Positions 48,197 to 58,385 of a stretch of DNA of 64,000 bases are shown here, piece after piece. The stretch lies in assembly GCA_963827685.1 (NCBI GenBank), contig CAWHBU010000003.1, positions 800,001 through 864,000 of the forward strand. The letters run 5' to 3'. The translations under genes were made by a program, and so were the position numbers. Within the stretch, counting starts at the first letter, position 1. Every line of letters begins with the position of its first letter. A model generated the notes under the pieces. It saw only the letters and a program-made list of their open reading frames with translations, was not told where the DNA came from and did not search any database. The DNA comes from an uncultured delta proteobacterium (GTDB lineage Bacteria; Desulfobacterota; BSN033; UBA1163).

Positions 48197-49228
48197 TTAT
48201 CTCAGATGATACTTCTCTCGTATTTTTTTCGACAACTCCCTTAAAACCTCAAACGCCTTCTCTACGGTCTTCTCTTTGTCCGGATTTAGCAGATTGCAGG
48301 TGGCTGGCGCTAAAAGAGATTGGCGAAGTAGTCTTTTGCGATCTACTCCTTTTCGGGAGAGGTCCTCCCAAAAAGTCTCCAGCTTCTCCAGCAGAGAACC
48401 AATCGTCTCCTGCTCCAAAATTTCCGTGTAAGTTGGAACGATTCCCCAAGAGACGATGCCTCCTCTCTCCACAAAATCTTTTAAGGATAGGTAGTTGATG
48501 ATCACCACTCCACAATTGAAGGAATCGAAGGAAAGGATTTCCATTTTCGATTTGAGGAGAAAGTCCCAATCCGGTTTGGCACAAAGATGAACCCCTTTCG
48601 GCCCTTCTAACCCTTCCAAAAACCGATCCAAATCGTCCTTCGCCTGGAACTCGTTATACCCGGATAACGCACTGAAGATGAGTACCAATCCCGGATCATC
48701 CACCCATACAAAGGCATTGCGATTCTTCTCCCTCAATTCCAGGAATTGTTGATTCACTTTCTTTTGAATAAAATCGAATAGGACTTCTCTGACCTCATCG
48801 TGGTAGATAATCGATTTCCGGTTCTCGTCCACGATCTTCAATCCCAAACTGATTGGGCTGATCATCTGACCCCGGATGGCAGAATATCGCGAAAGGTCTC
48901 TTTCTAAGAACCGATGGTACACAAGGGAAAACTCCTTTGTCAACCGAAAGGTCTGAGGATCATCTGCCTTTTTGAAATAGGAAGGAAGTTCTTCGTAAAA
49001 AAGGGAAAGGTCGAAATTGATTTTTTGATGAACAGGATCGATCCTCACACCAGGAAAATTTTCCAAAGCCTGGACATACATGTCCTCAAAGTAACTGACT
49101 TGGGGAAGTTGGGGCCAAAATGGAATATCCAGAGACAGGGCGACCTCGAGAGCTCTTTCAATATCTTGATGGGGCATAATGCCCATGGCCGTTGTCTGAC
49201 AATTGGGTGAGAAACCTAAACTGGCCAT
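48197..49228 (-). CDS. cobalamin-independent methionine synthase / UROD-fold-like protein
   Basis: TTAMGIMPH, IPFWPQLP, GVHLC, VSWGIVPT and LLAPATC. Confidence 0.7.
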   Translation of the reverse strand: MASLGFSPNCQTTAMGIMPHQDIERALEVALSLDIPFWPQLPQVSYFEDMYVQALENFPGVRIDPVHQKINFDLSLFYEELPSYFKKADDPQTFRLTKEFSLVYHRFLERDLSRYSAIRGQMISPISLGLKIVDENRKSIIYHDEVREVLFDFIQKKVNQQFLELREKNRNAFVWVDDPGLVLIFSALSGYNEFQAKDDLDRFLEGLEGPKGVHLCAKPDWDFLLKSKMEILSFDSFNCGVVIINYLSLKDFVERGGIVSWGIVPTYTEILEQETIGSLLEKLETFWEDLSRKGVDRKRLLRQSLLAPATCNLLNPDKEKTVEKAFEVLRELSKKIREKYHLR

Positions 49229-49944
49229 TAAGGGAGCCCTTCCAATAGGCGGACAAGCCTATGAATCTCTCCCCGGTTCGGAAGATAAGGATCTAACATT
49301 AAAGCCGCTTTTAAATGGTAGATAGCCTTCTGTCTGTTCTGGAATTCATACCAGTAGATTTTCCCTAAATTCAAATGGATAAGAGGATCGTAAGGATTGA
49401 TTCGAATTTCCCACTCAAATTCCGTAACCGCTTTATCAAACTTCTTTTGCGCAGCACAGACGATGGCCAAGAAACCGTGGACCTGCGGGATATAAGGATA
49501 TATCTTGAGAAATCTTTGAAAAGCCTCTTCAGACTCTTCGTAGCGACCGTTTTGAAAGTAGATCATCCCGAGAGAGTAATAGGCCATATACAGCGTGGGA
49601 TCGACTTCTACCGACTTCTTTTCCATCGCAATCGCCTTATCGATATCTCCCATTTGTCTGTAGGTGAGGCCAAGGTTATAATACGCCTCGCCAAATTTCG
49701 GATCGATTTCTATGGCCTTTTGGTATGTTTCAAGCGACTTGTCGTATATTCCTGCGGTAAAATAGGCAATGCCAAGGTTGACATACGGTCGAGCCTTGTT
49801 GGGGGATTTCTTCACACAATCTGCAAAGAGGGCTATCGGATCCTTCCAAAGCGCATTCCTTGAATAGGTCCCAATGGAGAGAAGAAGAATGACGATGACA
49901 AATATTGCGGTCTCAACGGGATGGAATCTGGTCTTCTCCGTCAA
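49228..49944 (-). CDS. membrane-anchored TPR protein
   Basis: TM helix then TYSRNALWK; repeated NLG..Y TPR motifs. Confidence 0.9.
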   Translation of the reverse strand: MTEKTRFHPVETAIFVIVILLLSIGTYSRNALWKDPIALFADCVKKSPNKARPYVNLGIAYFTAGIYDKSLETYQKAIEIDPKFGEAYYNLGLTYRQMGDIDKAIAMEKKSVEVDPTLYMAYYSLGMIYFQNGRYEESEEAFQRFLKIYPYIPQVHGFLAIVCAAQKKFDKAVTEFEWEIRINPYDPLIHLNLGKIYWYEFQNRQKAIYHLKAALMLDPYLPNRGEIHRLVRLLEGLP

Positions 49945-50672
49945 TTCCCTTGCCCCCTTTTTCGTTCTTGCGCTGCCTCGATGGATACGATTGCCTTCCG
50001 GACCCGTTCGGCATCGGACACGCCGGGATAAGTAAGTGCTTTCCTACAATAGAAAAGGGCATTAGGGTAATCTCCCGATTCATAGTAAATCAACCCTAAT
50101 TCAGCGTGGCCATAACCACTGTCAGGATGGTGTTTCAATTCCTCTTCAAAGCATCGAATCGCCTTCGCCCGTTGTCCTAATCCTTTATAGGCAAGCCCCA
50201 GATTGATGTTGGCATTTTCGTAATCGGGTTTGGCTTCTAAACATTTTTTATAGGCCTCAATCGCATCCCTGTACAGCCCCTTTTGATAATAGGCAATACC
50301 GAGGTTGTAAAAGGAATCCGGAAAACTTGAATCCAATTCGATAGCCTTTTTATAATGGCTAATAGCCTCATCCATAAGCCCTTTTTCGTAATAAACCAGG
50401 CCTAAGTTATACATCGACAGAGAATAGTAAGGATTCAAGCTCAGTGCCTCCTCATATTCTTCTTGGGCATCGTCCCATCTTCCCAGTTCGTGATAGGCAA
50501 AACCTAAATTGTGGTGAGTCCTCTCTTTCTTAGGGAACTTTTTAACACTGGCCTTCCACAACTCCACTTCACTCTTCCACAGAAAATTTCGCTGATAAGT
50601 ACCCATTGATAGCAAAAGTATGATTATGAATAAGATAGACCAGTCGGCTATCACCTTGCCAAACTTTTTCAT
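49941..50672 (-). CDS. membrane-anchored TPR protein
   Basis: TM helix then TYQRNFLWK; TPR repeats; upstream extension lies in a MITE. Confidence 0.88.
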   Translation of the reverse strand: MKKFGKVIADWSILFIIILLLSMGTYQRNFLWKSEVELWKASVKKFPKKERTHHNLGFAYHELGRWDDAQEEYEEALSLNPYYSLSMYNLGLVYYEKGLMDEAISHYKKAIELDSSFPDSFYNLGIAYYQKGLYRDAIEAYKKCLEAKPDYENANINLGLAYKGLGQRAKAIRCFEEELKHHPDSGYGHAELGLIYYESGDYPNALFYCRKALTYPGVSDAERVRKAIVSIEAAQERKRGQGN

Positions 50673-50687
50673 ATTCAAATTATGGGC

Positions 50688-50798
50688 TTGACCGGTATGT
50701 GCCCCGCAAGCCCCGCCGTTTAGGGTGGGGTCGAGGGGCACAATATAAACGGAAACTACCTCACCGGGAAGCCGCGCCCTTTAGGGCGTGGAGCTTCA
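50688..50798 (-). mobile_element. TGAAGCTC...CCGGTCAA element, copy 3 (diverged)
   Basis: Reverse complement matches 11288 and 21635 at both ends and at ATATTGTGCCCCT. Confidence 0.8.
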
Positions 50799-52058
50799 TT
50801 TATCAACCTCCATGGCTGGTTTTAAGAAAGGCAGCTTGTATTTCCATTTCTCTATTCCCCTCACCACTAATAAACTAAAAAGAACAAACGGGCCCACGGC
50901 CGGGAGGTAAAGCCTATGTTCGTACACCATTTCCAAAGGAAAGATCGACAATTCAATCACCAGATTTCCAAAATACCACAAGATGCAGAACGAGAGCACG
51001 GGTCTCTTTTTGGCAGTCCAGATACTGTACCCGATAAGCGCGACAATGATCAGAATAGAAATCAGGGTCGTGGGAGGATCAAGAATCGTTTTGGAGATGG
51101 GGAAATCGTAATCCAGATTGAGACGGGACGGATGAGGAAATGCAAGGAGAGTCAAATAGTAAAGGACAACGCGAGATTGGGTGAGAACCCTCTCCAACAT
51201 GGTGAACGGCCGATCTTGATAACCTTCTATGGTAACGTCAATATACCTTTTCCCCCAGATGATAAACCCAAAGGCTCCCAGAACGAGGAGGATGCCAATA
51301 AGAGTAAAAAGGATCTTTTTGCCCCTTGGGCTCAGATCAAATTTTTGGAGAAAATAAAACTCATAGAGAGCAATGAATAACGGAAGAATGGCCACATTCT
51401 CTTTTGAAAAAACTCCCAATAGATAACTCAACACCGTTCCTCCAAAGTAAAAAACCCGAGGCCGCCCCGTGGATAGTCTTCCCTTGATATAGAGAACCAG
51501 AGAGAGGAGATAAAACATCCCGGCCATGCTGGCCATTCGTTGAACAATGTAAGTGACCGATTGGGATTGAATGGGATGGGAGACAAAGATCAAGCTTGAA
51601 AAAAGAGCCACTTTATACGAAATGGGTCCGTATTTTTCTTTTAATGATGGTAGATTGAACGTCAGCAGAAGGAACCAATACAAGAAGATTCCCGAGGCGA
51701 TGTGGATGAAGAAATTCACCAGATGGTAACCAAATACATTGAATCCTCCAAAATAGTAATTCAGTGCAAAAGTAAAATACGAAAAAACTCGAATGGACAC
51801 CACGTAAGTATTTTTGATCAGCCGTTCCAGCCGGTCCCACGTGAGGGCGGTGATCTGGATGTTGGGGTTTTCGACGATATTGGGCCGATCGTCAAAATGA
51901 AATGGGACGTAGAAGGTATTCGAATAGGCCACCAAGGCCACTCCCGCAATCAGTCCCATGGCAATCAGGTGGCGAAAAGAGAATCGCCGTTTCTGCTCTG
52001 TTTTTGGGGGGATCTTCTTTTCGTGGTCCGGTTTTTTATGTTTCTTACGCTTCGCCAT
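50796..52058 (-). CDS. TMTC-like GT-C membrane domain without TPRs
   Basis: FHFDD..NI..NP, YHLVN..IH, F.SHPI..SVTYI.QR, SKE and EHRLYLP. Confidence 0.85.
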   Translation of the reverse strand: MAKRKKHKKPDHEKKIPPKTEQKRRFSFRHLIAMGLIAGVALVAYSNTFYVPFHFDDRPNIVENPNIQITALTWDRLERLIKNTYVVSIRVFSYFTFALNYYFGGFNVFGYHLVNFFIHIASGIFLYWFLLLTFNLPSLKEKYGPISYKVALFSSLIFVSHPIQSQSVTYIVQRMASMAGMFYLLSLVLYIKGRLSTGRPRVFYFGGTVLSYLLGVFSKENVAILPLFIALYEFYFLQKFDLSPRGKKILFTLIGILLVLGAFGFIIWGKRYIDVTIEGYQDRPFTMLERVLTQSRVVLYYLTLLAFPHPSRLNLDYDFPISKTILDPPTTLISILIIVALIGYSIWTAKKRPVLSFCILWYFGNLVIELSIFPLEMVYEHRLYLPAVGPFVLFSLLVVRGIEKWKYKLPFLKPAMEVDK

Positions 52059-53013
52059 GTTCTTTCCTTTTCTTTTGGTTTTGGAGTTGCCGGAGTAAGT
52101 ATACCACTCCGATCAATCCGATTTCAATGAGGGTCATCCAGATACGAGTGAGAATAGAAACGATCACCGCAACTGGAGTTGCCATCATAAATGAGAGAAG
52201 GTAGACCAAAACCCCTTCCCTCACCCCCAACCCGCTGGGAGCAAAGAGCGCGATCAAACCTACCGTGCTCGAGATGGCCAAGGCTCCTGTCAAAAATAAA
52301 ATGTATTGCGGCGCCACAGAATATACGGAGTCAACCAAGAGGTAAAAACCGACTCCTCCGACTATCCAAGAAATGATACAGACAAATAATATCCAAAGAA
52401 TATTAGAGTATGAAATAGACAAGGAGATGGGTTCCCTCTTAAATCGAACAAGGACCCAGTTTAATATTTTTTGAAGAACTCGGGGATGGAGAGAGATAAA
52501 GCCTGAGAGGAATAGAAAGGCCAGCCACATGGATTGTCTTCCAGTGTAAAATGGCCTGACTTCTTTAAAAAAGATAAGGGCAGCTAAAAACATCAGACCA
52601 GCCGCCATAACAATGGTAGCTGTTTCAAGATAAAGGGCAATCGAAATGGCCTTCTTCGGTTTCCCCCTGGATTCGTAAAAATAGAAACGACTGAGGAGAA
52701 GCCAGACTTTCCCCGGCAGATATTTACCCAATTGCGAATAAAGCCAACTCTCCAATGTCTCCCTGAAGGAGATAGCAATTTTTAATTTAAGAGTGATGAG
52801 ATACCATGCCCATATTTGTATAAGATAACTGAAGGCAAAGATGAGGGTGGATAATATTAGAGGAAATATTTCGAAGGTGAACGAAGCGTCCTTCACCTGA
52901 TTCCAATTGTTCCATACCATCTTCCCCAAAAAAAGAAAAATGGCAAAGACAATGGCCCATCGAAGAACTTGCAGATAACGGGGGCTTGACTTTTTATCAT
53001 TCAAGAGCTTCAT
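52045..53013 (-). CDS. lysylphosphatidylglycerol synthase TM / flippase-like protein
   Basis: SQLGKYLPG.VW and APSGLGVREG. Confidence 0.88.
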   Translation of the reverse strand: MKLLNDKKSSPRYLQVLRWAIVFAIFLFLGKMVWNNWNQVKDASFTFEIFPLILSTLIFAFSYLIQIWAWYLITLKLKIAISFRETLESWLYSQLGKYLPGKVWLLLSRFYFYESRGKPKKAISIALYLETATIVMAAGLMFLAALIFFKEVRPFYTGRQSMWLAFLFLSGFISLHPRVLQKILNWVLVRFKREPISLSISYSNILWILFVCIISWIVGGVGFYLLVDSVYSVAPQYILFLTGALAISSTVGLIALFAPSGLGVREGVLVYLLSFMMATPVAVIVSILTRIWMTLIEIGLIGVVYLLRQLQNQKKRKEHGEA

Positions 53014-53033
53014 ATTCCTTTTTTACCGTTCCT

Positions 53034-54731
53034 CTATTCCCCTTCATCCCGTATGAGTAATTTTGCGAACACAGCCCGACCCCGATACACTTTCACGGTT
53101 CGATATTGAGGTAAGCTTACGTCATTGAATAAGAGATATTGCCATTCTTGCTCCATCCGGTAGGGTGTTCGGGCGCTTGTGAGAAGGATGGCATCCACAG
53201 GGATTCGTTTGTGGATTTCATAAATCATCTTGACCTGTGTCGGCAGCCATCCACATAATTGATCTCCTTCCCACTCTAAAATCTCGGGAAGGTCCGTCCA
53301 GATGACTTGATTTCCTTTCAACTCATGCCTTAAGAATTCGTTTAGTCTTTCTGCTTCCTGCTTTTCCACCAGGAAGCCAAACTGAGGAGTCTTGTAGTCC
53401 AATACGGGTGATTTATTAGGCGCAAAAGTAGTATAGAGAACGGGAAGCATAAAAAACACAAAAAATAAAAAAAAGAGAATTAAATAAATCCTCTGCTGCC
53501 ATGAAGCCTTGATTGCCGAGATTAGGGGGGTTGATACTCGCAAGAATCCTTTGGCTGCAAAGATAATAATCATCGGGATAAAGAATATAAAGAAACGAGT
53601 CGTAGAAAAATTCGCCGAAGAGATAAAAAGGATTTGGGATAAGAATAGAAAAAGGAATAGTGTTTTGATCCTGTTCCAGTCTTGGTTATCTTTCCAGTAG
53701 AACATTTCCAGGAGGAAAAAGGCCGATAGATACAGATTGGAGACGGAGAGGACTTGTTCCATTACGGTCACTAAATTCGTCAGGTATTTAAAGATAAACT
53801 GACCCGGTTCAACTGTTAGGAATTCAAAAAGGGAAGGATCTACAATATTTCGGAAGACATTTTCCCACGGATATTTCTCGGAATAAGACATCAACATAAA
53901 CTTCCCGTAAGAAAAAAGAGGAGACCTTGTCTCCGAAAAACTCCTTATCCCATCAAGAACAATTGGAATAAAAATGCCACTCATAAAAAAGGTTGTTTTC
54001 TTCCAACGGGGCAGATCGGGATAGAAATAGAGATAGACCAAAGTGGGAATGAGGAAAGGATAGATATTATTCCTGACCAACTGACTTATCCCTAAAAGAA
54101 TACCCGCGATAAAAATACCCCTCAAAGTTTTAGCTTTTACGAACAGGAAGAAGAAAAGAAAGAAGATCGGTATGTAGACGGTATCACTCAGTGCAATAAG
54201 ACTAAAATCTAATATTTCCTTGTTAAAAATTAACATCACAGTCGCGATGGCTGCCGTCTTAATATCCAGATACCTTTTGACAAAAAAGAAAAGGAGAATG
54301 ACAAGAATAAAATAGGAGAGATAAGAAGGAAGTAAAGCAACAAAGTCCGAAATCCCAAATAATTTGAAAAATCCGGCTATGATTAAGGGGTATCCGGGGG
54401 GGTGGAAAAATTCGGGTATGGGCGGCTTTTCGAAGAAATTGACATCCACAGGAAAAACAAAATTTTTAACAATGCCTTTCCCATTCGCAATATTTCTTGC
54501 TATCGAAGCAAACTCCCGATCGTCTGACCCAGCAATCTCTTTTGTATGTGTTGAATAAAAACCATACCAGACAATTCCTGCCAAAAGAAGGAGAAGGATG
54601 ACAAACCATTTCGAAGACAGCAGAGAAATTTTCCACCCGTCCTTCTCCTGTTGAGTTACCTTTCTAGGAAGTTCAGTAGCAGCAGTTTTTTTTCGCTTCA
54701 TCCTGAAATGCTCCTCCAAAACGGAACTCAA
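53034..54731 (-). CDS. ArnT/PMT (GT39-like) membrane glycosyltransferase
   Basis: D...F..IARNI..GKG and HPPGYP; many TM helices. Confidence 0.85.
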   Translation of the reverse strand: MSSVLEEHFRMKRKKTAATELPRKVTQQEKDGWKISLLSSKWFVILLLLLAGIVWYGFYSTHTKEIAGSDDREFASIARNIANGKGIVKNFVFPVDVNFFEKPPIPEFFHPPGYPLIIAGFFKLFGISDFVALLPSYLSYFILVILLFFFVKRYLDIKTAAIATVMLIFNKEILDFSLIALSDTVYIPIFFLFFFLFVKAKTLRGIFIAGILLGISQLVRNNIYPFLIPTLVYLYFYPDLPRWKKTTFFMSGIFIPIVLDGIRSFSETRSPLFSYGKFMLMSYSEKYPWENVFRNIVDPSLFEFLTVEPGQFIFKYLTNLVTVMEQVLSVSNLYLSAFFLLEMFYWKDNQDWNRIKTLFLFLFLSQILFISSANFSTTRFFIFFIPMIIIFAAKGFLRVSTPLISAIKASWQQRIYLILFFLFFVFFMLPVLYTTFAPNKSPVLDYKTPQFGFLVEKQEAERLNEFLRHELKGNQVIWTDLPEILEWEGDQLCGWLPTQVKMIYEIHKRIPVDAILLTSARTPYRMEQEWQYLLFNDVSLPQYRTVKVYRGRAVFAKLLIRDEGE

Positions 54732-55448
54732 TCATTCTCTCTTTAACAAGAAAAGAAAGTCCTTATAAACACGGATTCGTCCTCTTTCCCCTCTCCTTTT
54801 CAACAATTCGTGATGGGCAATTTCGGGAAACCAATTTTTTGGAATGAATCCATATCGTATCAGATAGAGCATCCACCAACGGCCATTTCGAATGGGATAA
54901 TACTCGAGATGCTCCAATTTCGATTCTTTGAATGCTTGAAGATACTCCTCAACTTTAGGCCTGCCCACCTTTGGATTGTCAGAAACTTGCTCAATGAGAT
55001 AAAATTTTCCACCTTTTTTTAAATATTTGGTCAACTCAGAAATAGTCTTTTTCAATTTTTCACCTTCCATATATTGCAAAACCCATACAGAAAGGATGAT
55101 ATCAAAAAAGTACGAAAGCCCACGGAAGTGCATTCCATCATAAAGCATAAGATCTACATTATTGGCCCTTCGATTCTTTTCAGCCAACTGGATCATCTCG
55201 GGCGTGGCCTCTAAACCGATCACTTTCTTCACTTTCGGAGCAATCCAATAAGAAAATCTTCCGCTCCCGCATCCAAAATCTAAAACGACTTCATCCCCTT
55301 TTAACTCCAGCACTTCTTCTAAGGCTATCTTTTGGAGAAGATCAATATAATGATTCTTATGGCCTTTTCGGTCGGCCGGATCGATGCCCGAAGCTAAAAA
55401 CCCTCTTCGGGCCCTGTTGCTCCAATCTACATTCTCGATCAAATTCAT
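54732..55448 (-). CDS. class I SAM-dependent methyltransferase
   Basis: VLDFGCGSGR and LKKGG. Confidence 0.9.
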   Translation of the reverse strand: MNLIENVDWSNRARRGFLASGIDPADRKGHKNHYIDLLQKIALEEVLELKGDEVVLDFGCGSGRFSYWIAPKVKKVIGLEATPEMIQLAEKNRRANNVDLMLYDGMHFRGLSYFFDIILSVWVLQYMEGEKLKKTISELTKYLKKGGKFYLIEQVSDNPKVGRPKVEEYLQAFKESKLEHLEYYPIRNGRWWMLYLIRYGFIPKNWFPEIAHHELLKRRGERGRIRVYKDFLFLLKRE

Positions 55449-55452
55449 CCCC

Positions 55453-56451
55453 TTACTTTCGAACCATTCTTACCAACCGACTCCCTATTTGAGAACTTCC
55501 CAGTCTTTTGCCCCATTCCCAAATCTTGCATCGAAAGGGATGATAATCTTTCACAAAAGTGCAAACGTCCTTCGACTGACCGCCCCATTTCTCTTTGAAT
55601 CGGAGTAAAGGGAGACCATTAGGATCCGAACCCATAAAATCAAAAAATGAAATCCTTTTCTCAACTGCATTCTCTATCGAAGAATGAACCAATAGCTCAT
55701 TGGGACAGAACTTCAAAAATTCATATTTGGACCCGTTATGGAAATAGTGGGTTGAAGAAGGTGAGTAGATGAGGACCACTCCAGCAATCGCCCCTTCATT
55801 CAGTTCGGCAATCAGGATAGCACCCAATCCTTTTTTTGTCACGATTTCGTAAAGGGTCTCAAACCAGTGTAATGGGTACTTCGCCATAGCCCTATTCCGC
55901 TCCATGGAGGCCAGATAAAGTTTATAAAACATATTGACACCCTCTATCGAATCACCACTACGAATTGTAATCCCGCTCCTTTGGGCTTTTCTAACATCTC
56001 GACGAATATTTTTCCTGTAACCTTCCCAAATCTTCTCTTTATCATACCCTCTCAAATCTAATAGGGTACATTTGGCAGAGATTGGCTTAAAAGACTTAGG
56101 TGGATAGGAATCGGAAAAAGGCGACTCGGTCAAACGGACCTGATCGATTCCTCTCCTCCTAAACTCCTTCTCTAAGAGTTGCAGAAAAGCTGAATAATAA
56201 GGTTTCTCACCGATCAGGTGACCGTACGGAATGGAGGCATATAGAATTTTAAAAATTCTAAAGTTGAGCAATACCCCTGGTAAACCGGCAACGATTTGTC
56301 CTCCGTCCTTCAGACAAAAATAAAGGGGTTGCCCTCCTAACCCCTCTTTGAGCACCTGGCTCCAGACCGATTGATAAAAGATAAGGTCGGTATATCGGGA
56401 GGCAAATTCGTCCCATTCTTGCCCCGGTGATTCGAAAATTGTTAACTCCAT
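55453..56451 (-). CDS. FemAB-like GNAT acyltransferase
   Basis: RKNIRRDVRKA...G, PNELL, FDFMGS and FKEKWG. Confidence 0.88.
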   Translation of the reverse strand: MELTIFESPGQEWDEFASRYTDLIFYQSVWSQVLKEGLGGQPLYFCLKDGGQIVAGLPGVLLNFRIFKILYASIPYGHLIGEKPYYSAFLQLLEKEFRRRGIDQVRLTESPFSDSYPPKSFKPISAKCTLLDLRGYDKEKIWEGYRKNIRRDVRKAQRSGITIRSGDSIEGVNMFYKLYLASMERNRAMAKYPLHWFETLYEIVTKKGLGAILIAELNEGAIAGVVLIYSPSSTHYFHNGSKYEFLKFCPNELLVHSSIENAVEKRISFFDFMGSDPNGLPLLRFKEKWGGQSKDVCTFVKDYHPFRCKIWEWGKRLGSSQIGSRLVRMVRK

Positions 56452-56472
56452 TTCAGATTCGAACGCTCCACA

Positions 56473-58383
56473 CTATTTAGACATCCTCTGGTATAGGATA
56501 TTGGCCAGATTTGGATTGATCGCTCTAAGAGTTTTGTATTCTTCCAATGCTAAGTCCTGTCTCCCTGTCACCAAATAAGCAATGCATAAGGAAAAATGGG
56601 CTTCTGCAAAATTCGGCTTTAATCGCAGCGCCTCTCGAAATTGGTTAATGGCCTCCTGATAGTGACCCTGCTCTGACAACGCGACCCCTATGTTGTTGTG
56701 CGCATCAGCATATTCTGGGTCGATCCGGAGCGCTTCTTCAAAATGAGCAATGGCCTCTTGGTACCTCTTTTGACCAGCCAACAGAACCCCCAATCTGCTT
56801 CTTATTTCTACATCATGAGGCTTGATTCGAAGGGCTGCCTTATAATGTCCGATGGCCTCCTCGACCTGTCCCTGTTTGGCAAAAGCGTTCCCAAGGTTAT
56901 AGTGTGCGTCCGCATAATTCGGTTTGATCCTCAAGGCTTCGACATAGTGTAAAATGGCCTCATCATACCTTCCCCGGTCAGCCAGGACGGCTCCCAGATT
57001 GTTATGCGCAAGATAATTGTTAGAAGTGACCTGGATGGCATGTTCAAAGAGGCTCACACTGTTCCGCCAGTGCCTAATCTCGAATCTGGTCGCCACCGCG
57101 CAGATCCCAATCAAAAGACCCGCCGATACAAAAAGGATTGCCTTGCGATAACGCCACCTCGCAATAAAAACAGAGCTGCCTGTGACAATAATGAAAAAGA
57201 GGCCAATTTGCGGAACATATGTGAAGCGGTCAGCCATGGCCTGATCTCCCGTTTGAATCAGACCGATGACCGGCGCCAATGTCAAGAGATACCACAGCCA
57301 TCCGACCAGAAAATAGGAGTGCTTTCGTACTGAATGGATTGCAAAAATTGAAATTCCCAGCAGCAGCAAACCGGCTCCCATAGCTTGCCATAGCGGTATG
57401 CTGTCTGGATAGGGGTAGAAACAAGCCAAAGGATGAGGCCAGATCGTCTTTCCAATGTAGTTGATATATGATATGAGGGCGTTAGAAACCCGCATTCCTA
57501 TCGGGTAGGATTCGATCGTTTTTAAGGCAGCAGTACTTTTTGCTGCAAGAAGGGTCAAAAAGCCCAGAAGAACCGAAAGCATGAAAAAAGGAACTTTTTC
57601 TAAAACTAAGTGACTGACCGTCAAGCTTGAATCTTTTAGATCCTTCAATTGTGTTTGCTTCGAATTGGCATCACTCACAAAAGGCCTTAATTGAAATCGA
57701 CCGAGCGGCCAATAGTCTATCAAAAGCAGTACAAATGGCAAAGTTACTATCATCGGCTTTGCCGTAAGACCCGCAATAAAAAAGAGAAGGACGGTGAGAT
57801 ATCTTTTAGTTCCCCCGCTTTCAACATAATATAGGTAGGCCCACATCGATAAAATCCAAAAAAAGGCACACAAAACATCCTTTCGCTCTGCTACCCACGC
57901 GACCGACTCAACGCGAAGCGGATGGATTGCGAAAAGCATCGCAATGAGGCCACTCAACCAGATGTTATTGAACATTCGGGAAAGAACCAGAAAAAGGATG
58001 ACGACATTGGCTATATGGAACAGTAAATTGGTGAAATGATGCCCCCTCGGATTCAATCCGTACAACTCGTAATCCACCATATGAGAGAGCCAGGTCAATG
58101 GCTGCCATTGAGTGGAAATTGTCGCAGTAAAAGACCAGATGAGGCTTTCCCGGGTCAATCCCGACTGTACATGGGGGTTATGGGTAACATACACGTCATC
58201 GTCAAGATCGACAAATTCAAAGTTCTGAACAGGCCAATAAACGGTCAACGTGACCGCAATCAAAGCCACCCCGATGAACAATTTAAGGCGATGACGCCAC
58301 CATAGCTCCTTGATCTGTTTCAAGCTGGTCTGGCTCGTCGTCTGCTGGCATTTGATTTTCTGTCTGTTCTTAGATTTTGACAC
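56473..58383 (-). CDS. TMTC-like membrane glycosyltransferase with C-terminal TPRs
   Basis: LDDDVYV..NP.V, WQPLT, HPLRVESVAW..ERK and ADRFTY.P, then TPRs. Confidence 0.9.
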   Translation of the reverse strand: MSKSKNRQKIKCQQTTSQTSLKQIKELWWRHRLKLFIGVALIAVTLTVYWPVQNFEFVDLDDDVYVTHNPHVQSGLTRESLIWSFTATISTQWQPLTWLSHMVDYELYGLNPRGHHFTNLLFHIANVVILFLVLSRMFNNIWLSGLIAMLFAIHPLRVESVAWVAERKDVLCAFFWILSMWAYLYYVESGGTKRYLTVLLFFIAGLTAKPMIVTLPFVLLLIDYWPLGRFQLRPFVSDANSKQTQLKDLKDSSLTVSHLVLEKVPFFMLSVLLGFLTLLAAKSTAALKTIESYPIGMRVSNALISYINYIGKTIWPHPLACFYPYPDSIPLWQAMGAGLLLLGISIFAIHSVRKHSYFLVGWLWYLLTLAPVIGLIQTGDQAMADRFTYVPQIGLFFIIVTGSSVFIARWRYRKAILFVSAGLLIGICAVATRFEIRHWRNSVSLFEHAIQVTSNNYLAHNNLGAVLADRGRYDEAILHYVEALRIKPNYADAHYNLGNAFAKQGQVEEAIGHYKAALRIKPHDVEIRSRLGVLLAGQKRYQEAIAHFEEALRIDPEYADAHNNIGVALSEQGHYQEAINQFREALRLKPNFAEAHFSLCIAYLVTGRQDLALEEYKTLRAINPNLANILYQRMSK

Positions 58384-58385
58384 GG

